Shown piece by piece: positions 38,801-49,530 of a DNA stretch of 64,000 bases. Numbering within the stretch: the stretch's first letter is position 1; each line of letters opens with the position of its first letter. Both the position numbers and the translations under genes were made by a program. The stretch is from Felis catus (lineage: Eukaryota), in NCBI RefSeq assembly GCF_018350175.1, contig NC_058369.1:23066001-23130000 (forward strand), given 5' to 3'. The notes under the pieces were generated by a model. It ran no database searches and was not told the DNA's origin. It saw only the letters and a program-made list of their open reading frames with translations.

Positions 38801-40164
38801 AAGTAGACCTTCTGACCTGTTCCGCTGAATTTAACAGCTTTACACACATGAGTTTGTGTTTTTGTTCATGGTGTTGAATCTGTGAGCCTTCTTGGAAGAA
38901 AGGGCATACCTGTTACCACTTGATCTCCACTTGATCCACTTGATCTCTGTAGGCCCTGTGGTGGCCAGCAATCTCAATCTCGGTGATGAATTTGTTTCAA
39001 GAGCCCTCATATCAGCAGAAAAGGATTTTTATGTATTACCAGTCAACACGTTTGGGTGCTAGCTTCATGTCAACCATGACACTGGATTCTCTGGATTTAA
39101 AAATGAATGATGGGGGTCCTATCTGTCTGTCCATTCCATCCCTGTTCCTTTAGGTGTGGTCATTCAAAGGCTCCATGTTGTAATGTGCAAATTCAAGGTC
39201 TGTAGTTGTCCCTATTCTGTCTCAGGGCTCCTGGTGTGTCCACCTTGCTCCTACATATTGAGGACTCATTCCCAATGTGAAGTCTGGATCTGGTCATGGA
39301 TGGCTGATATCTGGGACTCACCAAATCATTGGATAATGGACATATAAATGAACAAATGAACTTCTCTCTCAATTTGGCAAGCATTTAAGAACCCACTATT
39401 ATTGTCCAAAGAATACAATTTGTTTTTGAGGAATTTAGAGTACAGAATACAAGAAGTCTATAAAACAGAGGTTCTTTACCTGGGATCCAGAGATTCCTAG
39501 GGAATCTGGGTCTTTGGTGAGGAGGTGCACCAAATCTCATAAATCTTATCTGAAATTGTGAACGTACAGCTTTGGGTTTTTGTTTTTGTTTTTTTTTTGT
39601 TTTTGTTTTTTTTTTTTTTTGGTAGGGGGAAGGTCCATAGCCTTTGCCAATGTCTTAAATGATCTTATGACTCTGCAGAGATTAACAGAAGTTGTCATTG
39701 CTGTACCTCTAGTGTTAGGGACTTCAATCCCATCATCCTTGGTAATGACACATATCAGTGATGGCTGCTCAAAACCCTCCCCTAGGAAGAATCTCTTATT
39801 CACCCACAACCATCAATTTCCTCTTTAACCAGACCTCTGGGCAGGGTTGGGGGGGGGTGTGTCTATGGATAAGAGAGTTGGCTTTCCTCAACTCACTTTG
39901 TTTAGTTTTACTGCAGCAAATTGTATGAAACACACATGGCTGCAACTCTGACAGATTCACTGCCTCTGACCTGTCCTTGCATCCATTATCCCATTCCCCA
40001 TTGATCACAGGGAGTGGGGCAGGTGATCCACATGTTGCCCACACATAAGGAAAGTACAGTCTGAGGGTTTAATTTGCTCAATGCCACCAAGCCAGTAAGT
40101 GTGGAGCTGGGCGCACCTGGAGCCCAGGTCTCCTGATTCCCAGATTTTTTGAGGGTACTTAGTA

Positions 40165-40312
40165 TTTATTTGAATCAGATATGGTAAGGTGCACAGGCAT
40201 AGAAGTGGCTGGTGTGAAGGAAGTTTATTATACTTGTTGTCCTCTAGAAGCAAGAGGCACACCATACCACATGGAGCTTCACCAAGGGAAACACCGAGGC
40301 AAGGCGAGTGTG

Positions 40313-40370
<58 letters not shown>

Positions 40371-40710
40371 CTAGAGGGCTGAAGCCTTTTTGTGGTTTCA
40401 TGTAAGAAAGAGGCAAAGTAGGGTAAGCAGGGTTGGGATTGGATAATTTCAGTGGACTTTGGGGCATAAGAACTGTCCCTAGTTGTCTGGTAGCAGCCAT
40501 GGAGTGGTTAGGACAGGTGGAGAATGGTCCAGAGTGTGAACATCTGATAAAAAGAGGAGGTCGGATTGGTTTATTTGCATTCAGAGGTGCACCTGCAGGC
40601 AAGTTATTTGCTACCTCCAGGAATTAGCTAACCCGGGGAGGGGTAGTTCCTCCAAGGCAGCAACGCCCCAGAGCATCAAAAGTACAGAACATAAAAAGAC
40701 AGTTTATACA
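40165..40710 (-). mobile_element. ERVL-type solo LTR (MER76-like) containing (AG)25
   Basis: gaagtttattatact...gcctttttgtggtttc...gggtaagcagggttgggattggataatttcag...gtccctagttgtctgg; ends ttataca. Family from memory of consensus. (AG)n at 40318-40367. Confidence 0.6.
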
Positions 40711-41695
40711 CTGGCTTTGCCTCCTGAATGAAGTCCATGGGGCTGGATAGTCTAATGAATTGTGTCACCCACCTTTGAGGATGTTTGTAGCTTGACTACT
40801 TGTTGTTCTGTGATTAGTGTGTCGTCGCACCTGTGCTCTGCTGTGCTAACTCAGTTCAGCCTCTGGGCGACTCAGACACACCTTCTCCACCTTGAAAAAA
40901 CACATGCCCATAAAACCAGACTTGCATCCTCCTTCTCAGAAGATTCCCAAACTGCACTTTTTCTGAATTGTGGTATTTCAGTACCACACATGAGGTATCA
41001 GGCACTGTGCTTGAGAGGAAAGAGATTATACAGACTCTTACAGCTCAGGACAGTGTTACCTTATGTGCCTCTCTCAGCCTTTGGATAAGGATGTTTCTCC
41101 TTTTATTATGAGCATGATGGCTTCTCAATTAAAGCGACCTGCTCAGTATAACTGTGTCCATTGGCATCAGCCTTCTCCAGGGCTGCCTCTACTCTTGCAG
41201 TGCTTCCGTGAAGACAGTATTGGCAGTCATTTATGAAGCATTTGGGGAATAATCAAGCTCCAGCCCTCATCTTCTGCTTACAGGTTAAAGATTTTATTCA
41301 GAGGTGCTTCTCTGCACCATAATTCATAGGAATGAGCAAATAAGAGAAGCTGGTTAGGAATATATCTTGTGAAGATACAGAGCAAGAACATACTCAGTAA
41401 TAGTAAGTTGACTTTAAGACATAAAGACATCAGGAGTCTTCTTTCTAAAGTTGAAGTCATATACTATTTTTGAGAAATCCTGAAGATATTTTAGGGAATA
41501 AGTGAGTGGGGCAGTGAGTCTGAAGGGGCATGAGCAGGTGCAAAGACATAAAAGTAAGTGCACATATTCATTTGCAGAGGCTGCCACTTAGTTGAATTAA
41601 AATTTGGAACCCATGGATGTGGGCCCCTAGAGGTACTTGATGATTCTTTTAGCAAATGCCATTTATACATATAATCCATGTAGATTGCATGTTTT

Positions 41696-41915
41696 TTTTT
41701 AATGTGAAATTTATTGTCACATTGGTTTCTATACAACACCCAGTGCTCATCCCAACAGGTGCCCTCTTCAGTGCCCATCACCCACCCTCCCACCCCCCAT
41801 CAACCTTCAGTTTATTCTCAATTTTTAAGAGTCTCTTATGGTTTGGCTCCCTCCCTCTCTTTTTTTTTTTTTTCCTTCCCCACCCCCATGGTCTTCTGTT
41901 AAGTTTCTCAGGATC
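41696..41915 (-). mobile_element. Severely 5'-truncated young L1 (3' UTR only)
   Basis: Same 3' UTR as the L1s at 17.7 and 26.7 kb; TSD catgtttt at 41688-41695 and 41916-41923. Confidence 0.93.
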
Positions 41916-42443
41916 CATGTTTTACAAGTTTCTTATAAGTACTAGATTTGTAGTTAAATGTTATTTTAAAATAAAACATAGTCTTTTTAAAAAATAAATG
42001 TGAAGACTATGTATTTGGAGGTTTCTAAATGTGCTGCCCTCAGCTCTTTCCTCTGTACATGGGAGCAAGAATGGGGTTATTGTAATTCTGAGGAGCAATG
42101 CTTTGGGTAGAAAGACTCAGCTCTCGCTACAGACATGTGGGCACAGATCTGCCCTTTCTGGGGAAAAAAGGAACTGCATATGGCTGGTCCTGTTTGCCCA
42201 GTCTGGTTGGTGTCTGGTGTTCCTGCCTTGTTGGATTGACACAAACTTAAAAAAAAGTCTTCTTGATCCATCTCCTCTATCTTTTTTAAACCACATACAG
42301 ATTATAAACTAGAAGTTTAGCCTCAATCCTTAGCAATGTATGGAAATACCTTTGTTGGAAATGGCTCCACTGATTTATTAATTCCTGCTTCCACTTCCCT
42401 TTGCTCAAGGCTCATCTTCTCTGTGTTATTTTAAAACATTGGC

Positions 42444-42445
42444 AA

Positions 42446-42496
<51 letters not shown>

Positions 42497-42497
42497 A
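42444..42497. repeat. (AATA)13 tetranucleotide repeat
   Basis: Read directly. Confidence 0.95.
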
Positions 42498-42529
42498 GTT
42501 GGCATTGGTCTACCTATGTCAGACCTACC

Positions 42530-42905
42530 ACGGGTGCTGTTTTAAAAATGTAGATCTGTGGCTTACTTAATTTGAATCTCTGGAGGGTGGGTGTTGGGGT
42601 AAGATGTGATCCAAGGCCCCTGGTGATCCTGATGTTCGGTGAAGTCTAAGAACTCTCCCCACCCTGGCCAGAGCCACTGTCATCTCTCACCTGGACCACT
42701 TTGGTGGCCTCCTACTTTTGTGTCTCGGCTCTACCCTGTCTCCCTGTGGCTGTGGTTCTCAAACTTGGTTGCACATTGGAACCAAGAGAGATTAAAAGAC
42801 TCTCTGCTCCAGAGGGTTTTATTTAATTGTGCTTGGATGGTACCTGGGTCTTCAGACTTGTAAGAACATCACAGGAAAATCAAATGAGCAGCCAAGTTGA
42901 GCATG
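42530..42905. mobile_element. Two MER5-like MITE relics (about 42530-42655 and 42750-42905)
   Basis: ttaaaaatgtagat...gaatctctggagggtggg...ccctggtgatcctgatg; gtggttctcaaacttggttgcacattggaacca. Confidence 0.55.
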
Positions 42906-43099
42906 ACTTCTCATGGCTTATTCTCCATTCTCTACACTATAAACACACTTACCCTTTTACAAGATTATATGTGGCTCATATCAGGCTCCGAGTCAGTCCC
43001 TTCTGTGGTTCTGTTCTCTAACAGTGGTTGCAAGGGCCCTGTTGTCTGTCCAAGTTCATTCTCTACAACCTCTGCTAATTGACTCCACTCCATTTCCAC

Positions 43100-43495
43100 T
43101 GGTGCCTTCAAAGTCCCAGTGGCTGGGACTTTCTGTTCCCTTCTGTTCCCTTCACCTGGAGCATTCTTCCTCAATAGCCATGTTTCTTGTTCTGCCTCTC
43201 CCACCCCATTTTGTCCAGATCCCTGATGACATGTCACATTATCGGGGGGGGGCTTCCCTTCCTCTCTTGCAGCTTTCATCACTCTCCATTGCCTTACTGT
43301 GCTTTATTTTCTTCATAAGCATTTAATCCAACAAATAAATGTTAGATATGAATTTGCCATTAATTATCTGTTTTACTTTCATGAAAATGTAAACTCCCTA
43401 AAGACAGAGTTTGTTTTAACTGTTTATCCATTTTATCCCCAACACCAGGAAAGGTCCCTGGTACACAGTAGGTGCTCAGAAGTTACTTATGACAG
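43100..43495 (+). mobile_element. L2 3' relic
   Basis: ctgttcccttcacctggagcattctt...aatgtaaactcc...ctggtacacagtaggtgctcag. Confidence 0.65.
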
Positions 43496-46036
43496 ATGGA
43501 GGATGACCTGTTACGTTCAGACTGTTTCAAAAGCATGGTCATTGACAATGTCCCATTCATTACCAAAGGGACTTGTGGGGGAGTTGGCGGCCACCTGTTT
43601 TCTGGCTGTAAAACGTGTCCACGATAGGTGTACTGGCAGACACTCTTCGTCCCCTATTTTGATGGCTATAGAAAGAAGAGATTTGGTTCATTATTATTAA
43701 ACTCAAACTACCTATATTCGCCATGAGAGGAATGGTGCCTCTCACATTTTCTGGTGGGAATTGCATCTACATGAGTAAGCATGATTTGTTTTTTGGAAAA
43801 ACTGGATTGAGATTTTTGTTTGTTTCACTTGGGAAATTTTATACTAAGCAGATTAAATTAAGTGACTTTGAACTTAGAAATGTCCACATTCTAAATTTTA
43901 TTAAGCTTAATTGGGTTTATAGAATACTTAAAGACCATACAAACTTAAATGGGAGATCAAAATGAACTAATAGGTTGATGCAGACTTTCCCCCGCTGCCT
44001 TTGTGCTGCATTAATGAGAGTGGTGCCTTCATGCCTGCAAATGATGAACACAAAGGCCTGGCTTTCTGGGGAGCCTCAGTGTGTCCTTCCTGCTGTGGTC
44101 TGAACTGTGTGGTGCCTCTGTCCCTCGATATTCTGTGCTGTGAACCTGGCTTTCAAGACCACCTCTGATCTGAAAAGTAGTTGGCCTCAAGGCAGACTTG
44201 TGAACATTTCTTTAAAGGTGCTTCTTGGGGGAAGAAATCTCTAATTGTTGGAAATAATATCTATCAGATTACAGAATCTGCTAATGATGGAAATGAGCGA
44301 TTTGATTGTGTTATTTCTCCAGCTTTTGCACTCAGTTAATTGAGCGGTGGACTATGGCAGCCCCCCATGGAAAATGCGGGGCTGGGTCTTAATGGCCACA
44401 TTTCATCTCTTGTGTTGAATTTTCAGTGCTACATTGATTCTTCCTAGGTCCTTGTAGAATGGTTCAAGAAGTTGCCGTCTGATTACTTTCTGCTCATTTA
44501 GAATGATCTTCAATTATTAAAGCAATACTTGTTCATTTGTAAAAACGTTCAAATGATAGAGACATTTGTGAAATAAAAAGTATAAGTCCCCTTTAAGAAA
44601 AATAGGATTCTGTGCTATACCATATCCTACAACTTGCCGTTGCTCCCCTCACCAGTTTATACCGGATGTCTTTCTACATGAGTACATATCTACAGGGTAT
44701 TCGGCTCTGTGAATGGACTGTAATTTTTTTTTTTTTTTTTTTTTAGCCATTCAGCTATCAAGAGACACTTAAGCTCTAACAGTTATTGACTATTACAAAT
44801 AATGAAGGTGAACATTCTTGTAGCTTTACCATTTTTGTGTATTGGTGAAAATGTATAAAATGAAATTACAAGGCTTTATGAAGACGTTCAACTCTATAGT
44901 TTTTCCATATGCCTATCACTTCCTGTCATCTTTGATACCTGCTCAGCTCCTACGGGTATTTTTTTGTTGTTGTTATCTTGGCTATAAGATAAATGCCTAC
45001 AGATAGAATTACTGGGCCTGAAAAAATTACAAATAAAAAATGCTGTGGATATTGTTAAATTGCTCTCCAAAATGTTTATTTTGGAGTAAAAATCCCTTCT
45101 CTTTTGTTGCCAGTTGAAAGGCATCATTGTGAGAAATCCAGGGTGTGGACCTAGTATTGTTTGATGATGTTTATTTTATAGGCAGAGATGTGACAAGTCC
45201 TTTCCATGCCGTTTCTACTCAGATAAGGAGGCCAGTCCCCCAGGGAGCCAAGGGCGCCACATAAATGGAAATATTGAACATGATTCTGATCCTCTTTCAT
45301 AAACAGTAAAATAAAATACAAACTAACAAAATAAATATGATGCCTCTAAATCCTTTAGCATGTACCTGACCCAGGGCCAGGTAGGGGTCACAGCAGTGGT
45401 ATAGGAGCCATGGTGGGGGTGTGGGGGCTGCAATGCTGGATTCCATTATTGTGGTTATTGTTAGCACAGTTCTTTGAGCAGTCATGTCTGGCCTGAAGTT
45501 TGGCACGATCCTGCTGGTTTTCCAAATGGGTTGCCATCTTTTTAAGTGAGGGATTATAGAAGTCTTGCTAGTGGTTCACAGCCTTGTGCTGGAGCTTTAA
45601 CCATGCCGCTGAGAGAGAACTCAGTTTATCCTGAGGTTCTTAATCTGCATGGCAGAGGAGGTTTGGTGCATGCGAACATACGGGCTGCTCTGTGCCACAT
45701 CTTTTCCTATTTGCCTGCAAAGATAGACCCCTGGCTTCATTTACTAAGAGCTATCTTTTAAGCTTTCTGATTCATTAAAAGCCAGTGGGTATGCAAGTTT
45801 TTATCAATCTAGGGTTTTCCCTTAAAACAGCTTAAATTTGAAATGAAAGGTGAGGACTTATTAAAAAAAAAAAAAAGCATGGGTCTGGGTCTCAAAACAC
45901 TGTATTCCAGTGTTGACTCCTCTGGGTGCTGGCTCTGGGCCATGGGGCTAGTTGGGGTTTTCTATGTGGACAGACCCAGCATCTTGAAGAGATTGAGAGG
46001 AGGCCCCAGTGTTATCCCAAGGCAGGACTAGATGAA

Positions 46037-46195
46037 TTTTTTTAAGTTTATTTGTTTATTTTTGAGAGAGAGAGAGAGAGAGTGCAAGCAGAGGAGGGAC
46101 AGAAAGAGAGAGAGAGAGAGAGAGGGAGAGAGACTCTCAAGCAGACTCCACACGGTCAGCGCAGAGCCTGACATGGGGCTTGAACTCAGATGACC
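46037..46195 (-). mobile_element. 5'-truncated Can-SINE
   Basis: Lacks the head; perfect 14-bp TSD caggactagatgaa at 46023-46036 and 46196-46209. Confidence 0.93.
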
Positions 46196-46643
46196 CAGGA
46201 CTAGATGAAATTAAGCAAATCATTTTAATTAACTGGACCTCAGCTACCGCCTACATCAGACATCTTCAGCTAAATGCCCACAGTGGCCAGGCAGGAAAAG
46301 TGAACAAGAAAGTGACTTTGTGTAGGGCTTGGTCAGTGATAATCACTTTTGGCCACGTGAAACTGACTCTTTTTTCCTCCAAGAGAAGCCAGAATCTCCC
46401 AATTTAAGTAATAATAATAATAATAAAAATAAGTGACATATCCTTTCTCTCTCAATGTGACTCCATTGGGAATAGTGTGGGAGAGAGTGAGGGGAATGAA
46501 GAGAGGCAAATCTCTCTCTGCCTGCTCACGCACTCAGGAAGCACCCTTGGAGGAGTTGTGATGGATGAAATGACTGCCTTCGTGCACACAAGTGAGGACA
46601 GGCTGAGGTTATGTAATGATAACGTGTGTTTAAACATTTCTTT

Positions 46644-46778
46644 AGGAGCATCTGGGTGGCTCAGTCCATTAAGCATCTGACTCTTGATTTCGGCTCAGGT
46701 CATGATCTTGCAGTTTGAGCTTGAGCCCCACATTGGGCTCTGCACTGACAGCACAGAGCCTGCTTGGGATTTTCTTTC

Positions 46779-46812
<34 letters not shown>

Positions 46813-46855
46813 CCTCCCCTTCCCTCTCTTTCCAAATAAATACATAAAAACTTAA

Positions 46856-46896
<41 letters not shown>
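46644..46896 (+). mobile_element. Can-SINE followed by (CA)n
   Basis: Head tctgggtggctcagtccattaagcatctgactcttgatttcggctcaggtcatgatc, (CT)n, A-rich tail, then (CA)n at 46858-46896. Confidence 0.92.
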
Positions 46897-46898
<2 letters not shown>

Positions 46899-46964
46899 CT
46901 CTTTAAACTAGCTTTCAAGCTATAGTGCCCAGAGAAGAGGATATTTATAATTAAAACAAAATCT

Positions 46965-47082
46965 AGAGCGCCTGACTGGCTCAGTTGGTAGAGTACATGA
47001 TTCTTGGTCTTGGGGTTGTGAGTTCAAACCTCATGTTGGTCATGGAGCCTACTTAAAAAGATAATAATTAAATAAATAAAAG
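46965..47082 (+). mobile_element. Short tRNA-derived Can-SINE variant lacking (CT)n
   Basis: A box tggctcagttgg, B box gagttcaaacc, A-rich tail; imperfect TSD ending aatct. Confidence 0.8.
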
Positions 47083-48245
47083 AAAGCACAATCTGCATTT
47101 TTTTTCACTCAGCTGGGAGCATTCGTGTATTTTTACCCATTCATATATTGAGCTATGCTCCATCAGGACATAGCCAGGGGAAAGAGGCACACCTCTTCCT
47201 TCCCTGCATCAGGTGGACAGGCTAGCGGGAATCAACCTCACAGACATAACCACACAAGATACTAGTTATCTACACTATCATAAAGGCACTGAAGGGGCAG
47301 TAGGGGTGCCTGAGCCAGTTTCAGCGGGCTGGGGGGACACCAGCTGGTAAAGCCTCTCGTACCACATATCCAGTGTCTTCATCCGATAGTATGTCTTCAT
47401 TAACTGAGCCACAAAGAGGTAGCCACAGCACCATCCTTGGCCCGCCAGAAGACTTTTATTTGGACTGTGTAGTCTTCAGCCATGTACCATTTTAAATTTG
47501 AATTCAAGAGTTGTATCCCTTTTAGTTCCTCTTCTTCCATCTTACCCTCAAGTACTACTTTGGGGGATGGATTGCACTCTATTTCAGAGAATTCTAGCCT
47601 CATGGGAGAGAGTTGAGAAAGCAGTAGAAAATGAGAGAGACAGGGTTTTACATGTGTTTTCTACTCTTTGGGAACCAAATGCTTAAGAAGGCAAGAAAGA
47701 GTCCCCATTGGTCTCCTGGCTACAGGCCGTGCCTCTGGTCCCACTTAATTACCTCCTAAAATCACGCCAGACACCACAGATGGTAAGACTCTCTGCAGCC
47801 TGTCCTCACCATTGGGGGAGAGGGATGTTGAGGGTCTTTTGGTGGCGTTTGTATTCTCAGGAAGAGCATACCCTGCATTTCCTGTGTGGATGAGGAAAAT
47901 GGTTGCGGATTTGGTCCAGACCTGGACGATCCTTGTCCATATGTTTGTAGCAAGCCCAGACCCGTGATGTTGCCATTTCCCATTTCAAGTTGCTCTCCTC
48001 TGTCGTGTGTTGCACACCGAAAAACAACCACCACCAGTGCCATATGGTTTAAAAGATCAAAGGCCTGAGTTTTGAATATATTTCTAGCTGACTGTACTTC
48101 AAATGTCTTAAATATGTTCCTACAGATGGGAAGCCTGGGGCATTAAAGAGGTAAAGCACATGTGTGTGTGTGTGCCACGCATGTGATCTGGGGCAGCAGA
48201 GTGAAAGGTGAACACCACTGATGCCTGTGTTCCTCTTCCTCTCAG

Positions 48246-48324
48246 GTCCGCATCTTCACCTACCTCATTGGACGGGAGGCTGCTTTTGCAGACAATCTCA
48301 AGTGGATGGCTTGTGCCAACAAAG
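48246..48324 (+). CDS. CACNA2D3: Internal coding exon of calcium channel auxiliary subunit alpha2delta-3 (probably exon 12), VWA-domain end
   Basis: Translates VRIFTYLIGREAAFADNLKWMACANK+G, recognised as alpha2delta-3. Acceptor cctcttcctctcag at 48232-48245, putative branch point ctgAt at 48218-48222, donor gtaggt at 48325. 79 nt, starts on a codon boundary and ends 1 nt into a codon. Confidence 0.96.
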
Positions 48325-48584
48325 GTAGGTTCCCCCCGTGTGCTTGGCTCTGAGTAACTTCCCCTCGGATGTGCCAAAATTGGGGTAGTCCTGAGCAAGT
48401 AGAAAGTTCTAAGAGAAGGCTATGAGTTCTAAGACAACATTTGGGTGTTTCTAGATGTTTTGATAACTTATAATAGCATCTCCGGAAATACATTTACAAA
48501 TTTTGAGGACATTGTCATGTGGAATGGTTAACCCTCTACACTCTGCCGCTTAGTTGCTGGGTGACCTTGGGATGATTACGATGG

Positions 48585-48985
48585 CATAGCACTTTACTGA
48601 TCACCAGATACCCGTGTGTTCACTCCACCTTCCTAGTCCCCTTGCAGTTAGCTGGGGCCTCAAGACAGGTTCAGTAGGCCGTGAGCAAAACCAACCTGCA
48701 TCATTCCTAGGCTAAAGCGCGTTAGAGCTAGTATGATAGTGTCCATACAATGTTCTCCTGCTCTTGTGAACTCTGAAACTCCATGCTCTGGATGGAATAG
48801 TCATGAGATGACTTCATCAGCCCGGTTTCCTGAGTGACCACTAGGGACGGAGGCCTTTCTACTCCCCCTGCCCCCGGCTGTGTGCCGGCCCATGCTGCCA
48901 GTATAATCAATAACCCCTTGTGTTAAGCTACTGAGATTTCCAGTTTGATATGTTCCCATAGCATAACTTAGCCTACTTAACTAAT
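48585..48985 (+). mobile_element. MaLR LTR relic (MLT1H-J-like) inside a MIR
   Basis: cttcctagtccccttgcagttagctgggg...cctgagtgacc...tgttaagctactgagattt...catagcataacttagcctac; MIR halves on both sides. Confidence 0.65.
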
Positions 48986-49324
48986 TGAATTAGTTTTTAA
49001 CCTGCCTCAATGTTCTAATCTCCAAAATCAGGATGTGGATAATAGTTCTTCCTTTGATTCCTATTAAATGTAAGGATTAATGAAATGGTGTATATTAGGT
49101 ACCTGGTTCAATGCTGAGGCATGGTACATGCTCAGTAATTGTTGCCTTTTCGATATTCCGAGGTTTATTATTTAATAATCTCCTGTTGTGTGTCAGAAAC
49201 AATGCTTTGGGGAAGACAGAAGGAGGGAGGTAACTGGCCCACTAGTCAGTAAAGGGCTTCTTTTCATGCTACACACAACCAAAAAGGCAAAACAGAGGAG
49301 GCAAATAGCTGGTCAAGTCCAACC

Positions 49325-49530
49325 CCTGGAGTCTTAACCCAGACTCCTTGAGTTCAAATCTAGCCTCCACCATCCACCACCCATGGACAAGTTACCAGAC
49401 CTATCTGGGTCTGAGTTGTGTCACCTACAGAGCAGGGGTAATGATGACACGTGCCCGACACTGTTGTGAGCCTGAAATGGGGTTCTGCAGGTAAAACTGG
49501 TAGTGCAGTGCCTCACAAATACGTGTCCTG
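49325..49530 (+). mobile_element. MIR relic
   Basis: gagttcaaatctagcctccacc...ggacaagttacc...gttgtgag...gtaaaactggtagtgcagtgcct. Confidence 0.6.

Larger units (their letters stand above)
1..48245 (+). other. CACNA2D3: 3' part of a very long CACNA2D3 intron
   Basis: No other alpha2delta coding sequence recognised upstream of the exon at 48246; sequence is repeat-rich. Confidence 0.8.

Noticed and set aside
40573..40580. Octamer ATTTGCAT in the LTR as a functional enhancer
   Set aside because: A single 8-mer is expected by chance in 64 kb; no other support.
46965..47050. tRNA gene
   Set aside because: A/B boxes present, but the A-rich tail, TSD-like flanks and degenerate stems indicate a tRNA-derived SINE.
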